Positions 47,959-60,328 of a DNA stretch of 64,000 nucleotides are shown piece by piece; within the stretch, counting starts at the first letter, position 1, and every line of letters begins with the position of its first letter. The notes below the pieces were generated by a model. It ran no database searches. It was not told where the DNA came from and saw only the letters and a list, made by a program, of their open reading frames with translations. The stretch is from Selaginella moellendorffii (taxonomy: Eukaryota; Plantae; Lycopodiophyta). Location of the stretch: positions 20,924 to 84,923 of the forward strand of contig NW_003314380.1 in the NCBI RefSeq assembly GCF_000143415.4, in the 5' to 3' direction. The position numbers and the translations under genes were made by a program.

Positions 47959-49302
47959 TCACAGGAGTTGGCCAATTCCCTGGTTGAAAGCAGTATTTGC
48001 AATGAGCTGATTCATGGTGCTGGTTGGGTGAAAGCTGTCCCAGAACACGTACTTGCTGGCATTGCTGCACGTCCCGATTGAATGCTCGTTACAAAGGATG
48101 CTGACGGCCAGCCTGCCGATGCCGCAACACCCAGTGGTGGTCTGCTCAAACCCTGCAAGTCGATCAAACAATCAGTATCGCTCCACCGAAGCAGTTGTTC
48201 TGATCGATCGATCACCCCTTACGCACCGTTCTTGGAAGGGTTCTTGATAACGTCCTCGACCAGCGGGTAGATGTCAATGTAGGCGAGCTTGATGTCCTTG
48301 AGGCTCGCTCTGATCGATGTCACTGTCGAGTTGAGCGCCCGATTGAAGAGGCGGGCGTCGCGGTTGGCGAAGTCGACGCAGCTGAGCGATCCTTTCCCGT
48401 AGAGGGTGACCATCGATGGCAGGCATCCCAGCGGCGCCATGCTCACCACCGCGATCCTGCGAGCACCCAAGCTGTAGAGCGCCTGGCGATGCGATGGAGA
48501 TGAGAAATCGATATCGGTATCGATGGAGCGAGAGAATTGAAACAAGAGTGGAGGCTACCTTGGTGAATTGGGTGAAGGAGCTGAGGAGCAGCGAGCGAAA
48601 GGCGTTCCTGCTATACTTCTCCTGGACGAGGGGATTGACGTAGTAATTCGCGACGTAATCGTTGCTGCCAGTGCTCAATGTGTAGACCCCCTGCGAGATG
48701 ATGTTCGTCGCATTCGCCTTCCCGACGATCTTGACGAGATTCTGCGTGTAGGATTTGAACCACTGGAGCTGGCCATCCAGGCCTGGCACATTCTGCTCAA
48801 GCACAAGAACAGCGAAAACAGAGGATTGATAAGAAAAACAGAGAACACTGTGCTGTTCTTGGCAAATTTTCGAAAATCACCAGCGTCGCTCCAGTCTCTG
48901 ACAGGTATCCAGATCCTCCCGTTGCGAAATTCACACCCGTGACGATGTTTTGCCCCTTGGCTGAGGGATCCAAGTATGGGAGAGCGAGCGGCAGTCCCAG
49001 CAAAGCCGCTGCAAACAACGCACATTTGCCCGAATCGATCGCTGCAACATATGAAGAAACAAGGAATCCATCCACTCACCGAGATAATCCGAGGGAGTCC
49101 TCCCGTTGCTGAATCGCCCAGTGGGCTGCTTGGTGTCGAAGTCCCGGCCATAGGGCGGGAAATTGGCCCGGAAGATCGTCTTGAGGTAGTCGTTGTTGCC
49201 GGCATCGACAGTGGAATCGCCAAACGTGAAGGCCGCGGGGATGAGCTGCGCGCGCGAGACCGAGAGAGAGCAGAAAAGGAGAGAAATCGCCAGGGAAATC
49301 AT
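47959..49302 (-). CDS. GDSL esterase/lipase (APG-like), 5 exons
   Basis: Signal peptide, FGDSTVDAGNN, PTGRFSNG, GVNFATGGSG, TGSNDY, GCCG and YVFWDSFHPT. Confidence 0.96.
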
Positions 49303-49602
49303 CGTCCAGGCGCGCGCCTCGATCGAAGAAGGCAGAAGAAACTCGAATAGGACAGTGGTGATCCCCCCTTCCTCGTCGCCCCTTTGTACTCCACTGGCAT
49401 CGTTGAGTGGGAGACACCCATTAAAGCTAGAGGACGGGAGGACAGGCTTTCTACTCTTTGGCGTTGGGATCGTCTCCTTCCTCCTCCTTGAAGGCCTCGG
49501 TTCTTTAATGCACCGGAGTGTGAGGTGCACGAAGACGGAATATCTCCCGACGGCGTGGGATATTCTGTCTGCTGGGTTTAGGGTTTTGGCATTCCAGGGC
49601 CG

Positions 49603-51136
49603 ATGGAGAGCGCGAGTACTGGCGGAGGCTCGCAGCGCTACAGCCTCAAGAAGGCGATCCAGGCGAGCTTCGGCGCGCCGGACAATCCGGATTACATCTT
49701 CGACATCTCGACCAGGTATGGCGCCCTTGGATCTCGCTTTGATCTCCGGGATTTCTTTCAGTGGGGATAGCATGATGGCCGTGTCCCTGTCCACGAATGG
49801 GATCAAGCTCTATTCTCCTGTCAAGGACAAGCTGCTTGGGGAATTATCGGGTCACACCAGTACCATTACAGACATTGCCTTTCCTAGTCCTTTGGCGCCC
49901 CATAAGTTGTGTTCTTCTTCCACGGATGGAACGCTAAGAATTTGGGATACGCGAACGCACAGACAGGTCTGTGTGTATAGTTTTTACTTTCCTTCTAAGA
50001 TTTTCCCTTTTCCTATCTACAGATAGGCTGTCTAAAATCTCCATCTCCTAGAGAACTGTGGAGTTTTAGCTTAGGTGGGATGAGTGGAAACTTGATCGCT
50101 GCTGGAAGCCAAGCACAGGTACTTCCACTAAAGGCTTAACAGGAACTTTGGAAATACTGCCTCCAGTACTGTGCTGTTTGTGCAGATTATGTTCTGGGAC
50201 TGGAGAACCAAGAAGCAATTAGGATGCTTAGAGGAATGCCACACTGAGGACGTCACACAGGTCTGTCTAGCAGAAAGGAGAAAAAGAAAGAGAGCTGGAA
50301 TTTTTCTGACTGTGCTTGACAGGTACGGTTCCATCCAAACAAAATGGACAAGCTTCTTTCTGCATCAGTGGATGGTTTGATGTGCGCGATCGATACGAGT
50401 GGAGGCATCAATGACGACGAGGGCCTAGATTCTGTAAGCTTATTCTTTATTCTCTCGCTAGCTGTGAAATCGCTGGATCACGCAGGTCTTGAGCGTGGGT
50501 ACTTCAGTTGCGAGGATAGGATTCTATGGCGAATCTAATGAGAAAGTTTGGTGCCTAACTCATACAGAGTCCTTGAGGTAACTAGCACTATCTCGTTACT
50601 GGATCTCAAGTCTTGGTCATCCTGCAGCGTTTGGAACTTCGAAGAGAAGAGGCTAGAGGCAGACTTTGGAGACACGAGATCGAGAGCTTCCGCTGCATGG
50701 TCACTAACACCTGTAAGTATACTTCTTTCCACGATAGATTCGTCTCTCACGGCAGCAAGCATCGACACAGGTTAACTACTTGATCGACTGCCACTACTCC
50801 CCGACACTAGACGGCCTGTGCCTCGTAGCAGGAACTCTCGGGGGCACGATTGGAATGTTCCCGGTGAACTACACGAAATGCGGTGGTGACACGCACTGCT
50901 CCGGCCAGATCGGCCCAGTTTGCTCGGTTCTGGAAGGAGGTCACACCGCAGTCGTCCGGAGCGTGAAAACTTTCGATCAAAGCGAGCTCTTTTGCTGGTC
51001 CGGCGGCGAAGATGGACGGCTTTGCAGCTGGAGCAAACCGAGCTCGAGCTCCGAGTTTGAGAGCAGTGCTTGGGTTTCGAGCAATCTGGTGCTCAAGAGG
51101 GCCAAGCAATCCAACAAGAGACATGTCCCTTATTGA
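49603..51136 (+). CDS. WD40-repeat protein WDR89/GTS1-like, multi-exon
   Basis: DYIFDI, GHTSTITDI...SSSTDGTLRIWD, CLEECHTEDVTQV, LLSASVDGL, GGHTAVVRSV...WSGGEDGRLCSW; ends RHVPY. Confidence 0.88.
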
Positions 51137-51431
51137 TGACGTGTAATGACAAGTGTGCTGCCTTATAGTGACGTGCCAAGTGTCCGGACCGCCACGTCGT
51201 GACTCGTGTCTTAAAGTGTTACACGTCGGCAGATATGTCTGACGTGTCGGAGCGATTGCTCCAAAGGCATACATTTTCCACTGAAAAGCAGATCCATAGT
51301 GTTCTTAGGGTTAGGGCGCGTAGGGAGAAAGGGTTTTCTTCGCCTGGGGATGTGAGTCTCTTTCTCGCGATTCCGGGAGGTTTTGATCTGTGTTGATCGG
51401 CTTGGCTGCAGATCGATCCATAGCGAGCGCC

Positions 51432-52970
51432 ATGGCAGATCATACCGCACAGGCGAGCAGCGGCGGCGATGGCGATGAGAGCCCGAGGTATTTCTGCTAC
51501 CAATGCGAGAAGGAGGTAGCTGTGGCGGGGGCCCAGGACGGCATGACATGCGCCGAGTGTGAGGGTGGATTTGTGGAGGCCATCGCGACGGCGGCAGCTG
51601 CGGCTCCAGAATTTGGCCGCCAGTCGAGGCGGCGGCGCAGGAGAGCTCACGACACCATCCCTCTCAGCGACGCCCTGGAGCATATGTATCCCCACCAGAT
51701 GCTCCAGATGGTCCAGATCCTTCTCGAGGCGTCGAGGGCGAACAGCCGGCAAGGGGCTTCCAGCGATGCCGCGGGGGCCAATGCGCTGGAGATCGAGAAT
51801 GGTGGACCGAATCCTCCTGGCGACACTGTTGAAGAGGGCGAATTGCCTGCTCGATCTGGAGGGGAGGAAGCGCCTGGAACAGCTGCTGAAGGTCGCGTGA
51901 TGATCGTCCGGGAGCGGCAGCTCGGGCAGGACGATCTCTCTGAGGAGCACGAGAGCGACAGTGAGACCGGTGGCTTGCGGCTGGAGCTGGAGGGCTTTGA
52001 TCTCAACGAGGACGACGACGAGTGGGAAGAGGCCGAGGAGGAGGAGGACGGAGGAGTGATCACCCACACCACCAGGATCGATGCGGACGTGGTTGGCGAC
52101 GACTCTGGCGGCGATCGGGAGGAGCGAGTGAGCAGGGCCAGGAACAACCTCACTTTCTACATGAGGGAGATCTTCCAGAACTTGTTGGAGCAGAACCTCG
52201 AGGTCCGGCTGGAGCTCCCGGACGTGTACCTGGGCAACCCGGGCGACTACCTCGACTCTAGAGGATTCGAGCAGCTCCTCCAGCAGCTGGCGGAGAACGA
52301 CACCACCCGGCGCGGTGCTCCCCCGGCGGCCAAGTCGGCAGTGGACGAGCTGGAGATGGTGAAGATCGCGCAGCACCACATAGACAGCGGGATCGCGGTG
52401 TGCGCTATATGCAAGGAGCAGCTGATGCTGGACGAGCCCGCCAAGCAGCTGCCGTGCTTGCACCTCTACCACCAGGACTGCATCCTGCCATGGCTGGGAT
52501 CGAGAAACTCTTGCCCGGTCTGCCGCTACGAGCTTCCCACGGATGATCCCGACTACGAGGAGCAAAAGAAGGGCCGCAAAGCCCAGGACTCCACTCCTGG
52601 CACTGCGGCTAGTGCCACTCCTGCTGCTGCTACTACTACTACCGCTGCTACTACGATTGGTGGCGAAGAGAGCAGCAGTGGTGCCGACCGGGGGCAAAAC
52701 TCTGGAGGTTCTAGCGAAGAAAGTTGCCGAGATAGCAGCGAGGAAGTGACCAGTGGTGGTGGTGGTGGCGGTGGTGGCTACCGGGGAATATCGCGGAGCT
52801 GGCTCATTCTCGCCGTGGGACCAGTGCTGAGCGTGATGGGATTCATGTTTATATCTCTGGCCAACCATCTCGTGGGGAGACAACCCGATCGATTGTTCCA
52901 AGAGTTCCAGATGATGTTCCACTCCAACGACGTTCCAGGTACTTCTCAGAGACACTGGTGGTTTCACTGA
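51432..52970 (+). CDS. RING-H2 E3 ubiquitin ligase (BTL/RNF126-like) with N-terminal zinc ribbon and C-terminal TM
   Basis: YFCYQC...CAECEGGFVE, GNPGDY, PPAAKSAV and CAICKE...LPCLHLYHQDCILPWL...CPVCR. ATG at 51432. Confidence 0.93.
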   Translation: MADHTAQASSGGDGDESPRYFCYQCEKEVAVAGAQDGMTCAECEGGFVEAIATAAAAAPEFGRQSRRRRRRAHDTIPLSDALEHMYPHQMLQMVQILLEASRANSRQGASSDAAGANALEIENGGPNPPGDTVEEGELPARSGGEEAPGTAAEGRVMIVRERQLGQDDLSEEHESDSETGGLRLELEGFDLNEDDDEWEEAEEEEDGGVITHTTRIDADVVGDDSGGDREERVSRARNNLTFYMREIFQNLLEQNLEVRLELPDVYLGNPGDYLDSRGFEQLLQQLAENDTTRRGAPPAAKSAVDELEMVKIAQHHIDSGIAVCAICKEQLMLDEPAKQLPCLHLYHQDCILPWLGSRNSCPVCRYELPTDDPDYEEQKKGRKAQDSTPGTAASATPAAATTTTAATTIGGEESSSGADRGQNSGGSSEESCRDSSEEVTSGGGGGGGGYRGISRSWLILAVGPVLSVMGFMFISLANHLVGRQPDRLFQEFQMMFHSNDVPGTSQRHWWFH

Positions 52971-53193
52971 GGGAGAGATCTCCTGTTCTTCTCTTGTGCT
53001 TCACTTTTTTTTTTTTTTTGGTTTCTTCGCTGGTTCGTGAATGGGGGGTGAAGATCCGGTTTCTTCTGCTCCATGTAAGTATGGCCAAGGAATAAAATCT
53101 CTTTACTTGCAAACGCACCTTCTTTGTTCTTCGCTCTTTTCGTATGTTTATTTTTTGATAGGGAGGAAAATCTTGTCAAACTTTGTTAAGTTT

Positions 53194-55946
53194 CTAATCG
53201 AAAGGTGGATGATCGTTTTCAGGCCGTGTGGGCGGTAGAGGTTTCCACCCAGGCTTCTCGTCCCAGAAAAAATCGTAGTAAATGTGGCCTCTTTCCAGGC
53301 TCTCCAAGCAGCACCATATTGCCGTGTATCTCTGGAGCCGCCTCCTAAACTTTAAAGCTTTGTCCTGACAAAAAGCGCAAGAAAACAGTGAACTGGAAGC
53401 ACGTTTTGGCTTCACTCACTGACCTTGTCAACAAAGCCGCCAAAAACGTTTTTCATTGTCGAAAAGTCGAGGATTTTGACGTCCTTGTGTCTGGAGAACT
53501 CGTCTCTAAGCTGCAAAAAGAAATTTGCCATTGTTTAGAGTGATTTTGAAAGTGACTAGTGTTTACGCTAGTACCTGGGTGTCAGTCATGTTTATCGGTA
53601 GTTCGATAGCTCCTTGAGATACTTCCGAGCTACAGTTCTTGCCTCGAGAACACAACCGGATGGATAGCCTCGAGGTTTTTATCTGAAAGAAATCTCTGTG
53701 TCAGTGGACAACTTGTTTGTTTATTAGTACTGTACCTCTTGTGGAACTCGAGGATTTTCCAGAAAAGAATACTCCCGGAAGTCTATCGCAGGCCCGAACT
53801 CTTCCTCTGGCATATTTTTCAACATATTCGAAACCTGTTGAGCCTGCGGCGTAAGGAAGAGATAGAATAGAACACCGAAGTAAAAGCTTGCCTCGAAAAC
53901 ATGGTCCATGGGACACAAAAACGGCTGTGGTGTTTTCGTGTCGTGCAAAATACCCGGATGACCAAACCACAGTCGATCGTTCCTACACCACATTTCGGGC
54001 ATCACCTGGAGGAAAATAAATCAGCAAAAAAATGTGAGATGCTTGAACACCACGTACCAAAGTTCGATTCAGAACGTATGCCACAGCAAGCGCTTCCCGC
54101 ACTCGTTTCATCTGCACCAAACAACTAAACAGTGTGAGCGAGTGATGAAAGAATAAAGCTGTGAGTTCCGCTGCTACAACCGATCCTCAAGGATTAGAAG
54201 AAGAACCGCAGTTTGAGAAAAGTACAATGAGAAAATACTTGGTAGTTGACCAACGCGAAATGCGTCTCGACGGAGTGGTTCCCTCCCGTCAGTAGCTCCT
54301 TCGGTATGGAAGCGTCGAACGCTATGAAACGCCCTGTAAAGCCGAGAGAAAGCTTACAGATTTGAAAGAATAGAAAGAAGAAACTCTTGCCTTGATAATA
54401 CTCTGGCTTGTCAAAAAAGAGTTGGGCCTCCCGGAGCCGATGCCTCTTTCCTTCAGTTCCCGCAAACTGGAATGTCGTGTGTACGGCATACACGTCTAGT
54501 CCCAGCTGCTTGTACAAATGCTGCCACCATCAAGCAATATCTTTAGAATCTTATCTAATCTTTCAAGCGATAGCATGCGGACCTGTACGAAGTACGTATG
54601 TCCACTGCAGAACATGCTCACGGGAAGTATACCGACTTTCAATGTTCTGTCGAAGGCATAAAACAATCCACGGTCGTTGTCGGGATCGACAGCCTCGCGC
54701 GTCCCATTTTGAATCAGCTCGTTGAAACCGTTCTGGTCCCAAATCTTTTCATCTTCGAGCTGGATCTGCCAGGCCCGTGCGAACTTCTTCGCGGCTTCAG
54801 TTGGCCTCCAGTGAAAAATACCAATGTTGAGAGCCGCATAAGCTGCAAAACAGAGGAAAAAACATGAAACGGAGGGAAACAAAACCATGCGTTCGGAAAC
54901 TTACATCGTCTCCAATCTTCCAGAGATTCGTCAGTCACAGTCGCTATCACGGCGTCACTAGACACCAAAACATCAGCATCAGGATAGCGCTCCATGTATG
55001 GTAATGGATTCTGCAAAACACCCGAGCTGGTTCCAACGTCCGAGAAAAGTGCGAAAGGTCACACGAGACGATGAAAACTCGTACCTTCATCCACACCATG
55101 TCAGTGTCACAGAATAAAACTTCGAATCCCATTGCCATGATCGCATTCACCAAGAAAACCTTCTCACGTCCCATTTTATGAAACACGGGAGTTCCCCATC
55201 CAACATCAGCAGGATTCATCTCACTGCCCATGTCAAAAACCGGGACACCTTTCCAGAAAAGCTCCTCCAAAATCTTTCGATCCATAGCACCTGATCAAAA
55301 CAACAAAAGAAAGGTGTACTTAGCTCGAGGCTATGGCAAACTTAGACGTACCAACGAGAAGATTGGTGACACCAACATCAGTTAAGTGCCTCACCCAAGT
55401 CAGCACAAAGTCCTCGAATGCGTGGTTCGCGAAAGTCACCATGATCACGTTCTTCTTCGCCCGAAACTCCACCATTTCTTTCGAGAGCACAAACGCCTCG
55501 CGGGGTGGAAGCTCTGATCCATGCGGAGGAATTTCCCAGATAGCCTTCTTGAGCACGTCGTGATTCATAAACTTCTTGGGATCACGCACAGTGGTCGGAT
55601 CCTCACGGCCACCTCTCTCCTTTAATTTCGTCTCATCTAGCAAAGACCGGCAGTGAGTGAATGAGATCCACTAAATTGGTTGCTTGCAAAAGAGAGAAAG
55701 ATAACATAAAGAACAAAAACTCGAGCGAGGGCTCCAAGATCGCGAGCTGGAATCTCACTCACCAGGCAAAGGCGGCGACGAAAGAATGTAGGAGGACCGC
55801 GAGGCAGCTCCGAAATTCACCGATCGACCATAGCCCTGGACCGCCCGCGACAAGACCTCCCAGTAGACAGGGCGTCCCAGATAGTAGGAGAAGATCACGA
55901 AGGCCGCTAGGGCGCCAAGCTTGGCGCCGATGGACAGCCGCTTCAT
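53194..55946 (-). CDS. XEG113: GT77 arabinosyltransferase XEG113-like, multi-exon
   Basis: Type II membrane anchor, IMVTFAN, DTD motif (LFCDTDMVW), WDQNGFN, FCSGHTYF, HTTFQFAGTEGKRHRLRE and HIYYDFFWDEKPGWKP. Confidence 0.92.
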
Positions 55947-56476
55947 TGCGATCGATCGGCGGGATCGACCGGTTTCTTGGATCAGCGCGACAACATTGGA
56001 CTACCTAGCCGCCACAGCCAGTTGACCGGATCCAACGCGGCGGACGGAATATCCCCGGCGCGGCATATGCCGTCATGACGGGAATTCAAGGAACCCTAAA
56101 CCCATAAAAACGAAGGCTGGGTGGCTCATCCCTCGTCCGTGAATGCGCCGGTGAGCTACCTCCAAAAAGGAGGAGATTTTCGTTATGGAATCGATCCAGG
56201 AGAGACGAAAGTGTGGGAGGGAATATGAATCTTTCCAGGTTTGCACAAATGGGGATTTTTTTGGGACCGCACCGATGGGAAGAGATAGAGAGCAATGTCG
56301 GTGTGTACAACGCGCACTCGGAGATGGGGTAAAGAAAAGCTCCCTGTGGCTTTGCTTTGTACGTGACAAGGACGTAGCCAGCGGCCTCGCTTTCTTAAGA
56401 GCAATGCAATCAAAGCGCGAGAAAAACTCCAAGAAGAGCAAGAAGACGAAGATAAAAAGGAAAGGTCTGCTGAACG

Positions 56477-57620
56477 ATGAGAATGCTGCTTGGATTGCCA
56501 CAGTTCTGGACTCTTCCGCTGCTCGTCGTCATCTTGTCTCAATGCTCGCTTGCACTGGGTATGTCATCTTTTAGTTTTCTGTGGATGAAGTTGATCTCTT
56601 TGTTTGAGATCCCTCGACTTTGATTGTTTTTGTGTTGCTTGCAGTGATCGACTATAGTTACGTTGGAGCTCGAGGTCCAAGACACTGGGGCGATCTCAAG
56701 AGCGACTGGAAAGAGTGTAGCGATGGAAAGGCGCAGTCGCCGATTGCCATCCGAAGCAAGCACGCCGAGCTAAACTCCAGCTTGCCAGGCCTGCGAGCCC
56801 ACTACCAGAGCAGCGTTTGCTCCATCGCTTCCAGCCAGTACATTTTCAAGGCAAATCCAGAGAAACTCCAGAAGTTTTTGTGATCCATCATTCACAAGTT
56901 TATGTTCGTTCTCCTTGCTCAGGTGTTCATTGCTGGAGCACACTGCACACTTCCACTCAACCGGGCAACATATACGCTCACAGATTTCCACTTCCACATC
57001 CCAAGCGAGCACACCGTGGATGGAACTCGGTAAACTTAAGAAAATCTCTATTTTCTTGGTCGAATTCACAGAGAGAGATTCACAGCTTCCCGCTGGAGCT
57101 TCACTTGGTTCACAAGGTAGCACCAAATTCATCGCAGATCACAGTGGTGTCTAAGCTCTTCAAGCTCGGAAGGAGCGATCCACTGCTCGATCAAGTCAGT
57201 AGCGTTGGGATAAAAGAAAGTATAGCCGCTAACGCACTAATGCTCCAGATACTCAAGCTCAAAGGAGGAAACGCTACCATCAACCTCTCCAACTATATCA
57301 ATCTTCACGGAGGTTATTACCGATACCTTGGATCGCTCACAACTCCACCCTGCAGCGAAGGGATTCTTTGGACAATACTGAAGAAGGTTTGCTCTCAAAA
57401 TCACTCTTTTTCTTCATTTTTTTTCTTGCGAAACCATCACATTTTCTACAGACGGGAACAGTTTCTAGCAGCCAGATCAAAAGGGTCATAGCTCTCCTGC
57501 AGGTAAACTGTTAAAAATCATTTTTTTAGATGGATATTTTCTATGGTTTTGCAACAGGGGAAAAACGCAAGGCCACTCCAGAAGATCAACAAAAGAGCCA
57601 TTTACAAGCACTCTTCGTGA
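56477..57620 (+). CDS. Alpha carbonic anhydrase (secreted), ~7 exons
   Basis: Signal peptide, GPRHWG...C..GKAQSPI, zinc ligands FHFHIPSEH and ELHLVH, YYRYLGSLTTPPCSEG, NARPLQ. Confidence 0.94.
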
Positions 57621-57772
57621 AATATGTCAGAAGAATCCAAAGAAAAAAAATGCATTGTCCAAAGAAACTAAATGACAATAAGTTTTGAGTTAGGGCTTTG
57701 GGCTTATCAACGAACGGCTTCGATGGATCTAATCGAACGGCTGTAGATCGGGGAGATTTGAGGTTTTCGGCT

Positions 57773-59190
57773 ATGGAGGAGGAGGAGGCACACCCCGGCA
57801 GCGCTGCTTGTGATTTCCCAGTGCTACGCGTGGTCGGCGCATTGGAACGTGTGAGGCCGCTCCCGGCGGGGCGGCATTCTCTGCTGGCTCGGATCGCGCG
57901 AGGTGCGCGCTCCGTCTTGGATCACCGGCCGGAGGATTCCGTGGCGCTCAATGCCGAGCGCGCAATGCTGCTCTTCAGCTCCGCCGCGCTGGGGTCTCGA
58001 ATCAGCGGCCCCCTAGGTCGGAATTCTTCTCCTCCCGGTAATATCTCTTCCAGGCCTAAAGAAATTAGAGAGAGAGGGAATGATCCGGACAAGAGGCTGC
58101 GTCTCACTGGCTCCCACGCTGTAAGTTTTCCACGATCTTCCTTGCAAAATTCTAGTTTTGATTGTTATTGATCAACTTTTCTTTCAAAGTTCTAGTTTTC
58201 TTCGATCGTTCCAGAGTGTAACTTTCTTGGTTTTTTGTTTGAAAGTTCTGGTTTTCTTCAATCGTTCTAATGGAGAACTGACTGTTTTCGATCAACTTTC
58301 TTCGTTTTTCTTTCTAGATTGGATCGAGAACCATGGTGGACAGTGTGATCGAGGGGACGAGCATCCAATTCACAGAGCTCCGTGTGAGAATTATCCACAC
58401 GCCTCCAATCCCTCGACTTGCGGATGGACGAATCTCTCTCACCGCTGGGACTGACTTGCGTTGTCGCCATCGTGTCGCCGTGGAGAGCATGATGTGGTGC
58501 AAAACTGCTGTAATTTTTTAGCACCAATCAGTGTGTGTTCTTTCACATACTTCTTTTCTTACGTTTTTCTTTTTTTGTTCTTCATTGCAGTTCTCAAGAC
58601 GATAAACATTCCTTGTCGAGCATCGTTTCCAGCACCGACTTTTCGTCGCCACCGGCCTGGGGGATTGCAACCTCTCACAAGTGAGTAAATCTTATTCTAT
58701 TTCTTCAGTTCTTTCAAGCAAAGAGATACGATTTTCTATGCCATTTGTTTTTCGGCTTGTGCAGATTTGCCAGAGGATTAAGCGTGTTTTCCAGATACAG
58801 CAACGATCACTACGCCGGGAAGAGCGTGATCTTGCAGGTATGTTCGTGCAGCTTCCACGACGATGCGAGAGAAAATTTAAATGGCATTTACTTGTCGTAC
58901 AGGCTGTTCAGAGGCACGGGAGGAATACTATATCGCCGATCTGCTCAGTTGCCTCTAAAGGGCGAGTGCAAGCTGGAATCACATGGAAGAGCACCATTCA
59001 CTGCAGCAAAGGTTGTTTTTCTTCTCTTCCATTGTTTTCTTTACAAATTCGTGTGTGCTCGCCTGTTCTCTTCCCAGAGAATGGAAGCGAGGATTTTTTC
59101 CAGGTGAAAGCGCTCTGGAGCCAAAAAGGCGCCTTCTCCGTGCTCTTGAAAGCCCAGCTCGGGGATCCAGTAGAATGGTCGCAGTGAGCA
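57773..59190 (+). CDS. Hypothetical multi-exon gene (frame not fully resolved; possibly degenerate)
   Basis: GC-rich first exon from ATG 57773 and several strong GT/polypyrimidine-AG introns. No family recognised. Confidence 0.4.
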
Positions 59191-59614
59191 AAGAGAAAAA
59201 GAGATTTTTTATGTAAATAAGAGATTAAAAAAAGCTTTTCCAGCCAATCAGCAAGCCGAGAAAAGCGAGAAAACGCGAGAAAATACCGATTTTTCGGAGC
59301 TCGCCAGCCAAGTGAAGCGACAGTATCTCAGTTCTTCCCTAAAATAGCGGGAGTCAACTGAAAGAACACGCTGCCCGGCGGTTAGGCCGCGCTGCCCGGC
59401 AGTTTAGTTAGCGGCATTTCAAAGTAGCGGGCAGCGGGCAGCGCCTATAGCTCCCGACACTCAACTGGAAAGAGTGTTTTGTGCTGCTCTAGTGTCCCCG
59501 GCGGCGGCGGCGGCGGCGGGAGCTTTCTTTGCCAATTCTTTGCCAAGATCAAAGGGGAGAGCAACAGCGCTGGATCTAGAGCTCCACCGAGCGAGTGTGA
59601 GTGGATTTCTTGGC

Positions 59615-59962
59615 ATGAATTTGTGTGGAATTGGGCTTCGAAGTGTTAAGATCTCTCCCCAATTGGAGGCGGAAGATCGTAGGATGAGTGGGAGCCAGGC
59701 CGCAGAGGAAAGGAAAGAGGAAGAATGCGCGACTCCAAAAGGGCGGCAGCACCAAATTCCCGAGCCAGCAGCGTGGGCGCCGCCGCAGCCGCCCAACAAG
59801 CCCCGCCCCGCCAAGAGGAACAGCAATTGGAGCAGGGATTTCTTTGTGGTGGCTGACGATGATGAGATCTTCGCTCCACTACGCAACGAGCAGCATCACC
59901 AGCCTCGAAAGGTCCACAAATCCGAGCTCACGATCCCCTGCACAAATGCAGTGAAGTGGTAA
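59615..59962 (+). CDS. SIAMESE-RELATED (SMR) cyclin-dependent kinase inhibitor
   Basis: Ordered SMR motifs ECATPK, HQIPEP...PPQPPNKPR and RDFF...DEIF in a short intronless ORF. Confidence 0.82.
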   Translation: MNLCGIGLRSVKISPQLEAEDRRMSGSQAAEERKEEECATPKGRQHQIPEPAAWAPPQPPNKPRPAKRNSNWSRDFFVVADDDEIFAPLRNEQHHQPRKVHKSELTIPCTNAVKW

Positions 59963-60328
59963 TTGTTAATAGTACATTAAAACTAACTTAATTATAATTA
60001 ATGTTTATATTAATTCAAATGTATATATATTTATAAAGGGTGATTTTCCTTTTCTTATCAACGAGGGACCATCGAATATTCTTTGAATTTGAACACCAAA
60101 ATCAGCCACTGGGTTTAGCCGTCCGATGACACCATCCTACGGCCCAGTTTTGATCTTAGAGAAAATCCCCGGGTCATCCAACCGGCGGCGAAGGATCACA
60201 GACGAATCCCCCGAGCTAGAGAACGGGCGCTCTGATCCCTCGACTCCCGCGGTCTCGTCGCTTTCTCGCCACGTTTCTAAGATGTAGCCATCCATTTTCG
60301 ACAACGCCCCTGTGCGCGCTGGCCGATC

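Noticed and set aside
48931-50026. Long ORFs bridging the GDSL and WD40 genes
   Set aside because: Stop-free read-through across a compact divergent promoter; the real starts are at 49302 (minus) and 49603 (plus).
51219-52967. 582-aa antisense ORF
   Set aside because: Mirror frame of the GC-rich RING-H2 gene; no motifs of its own.
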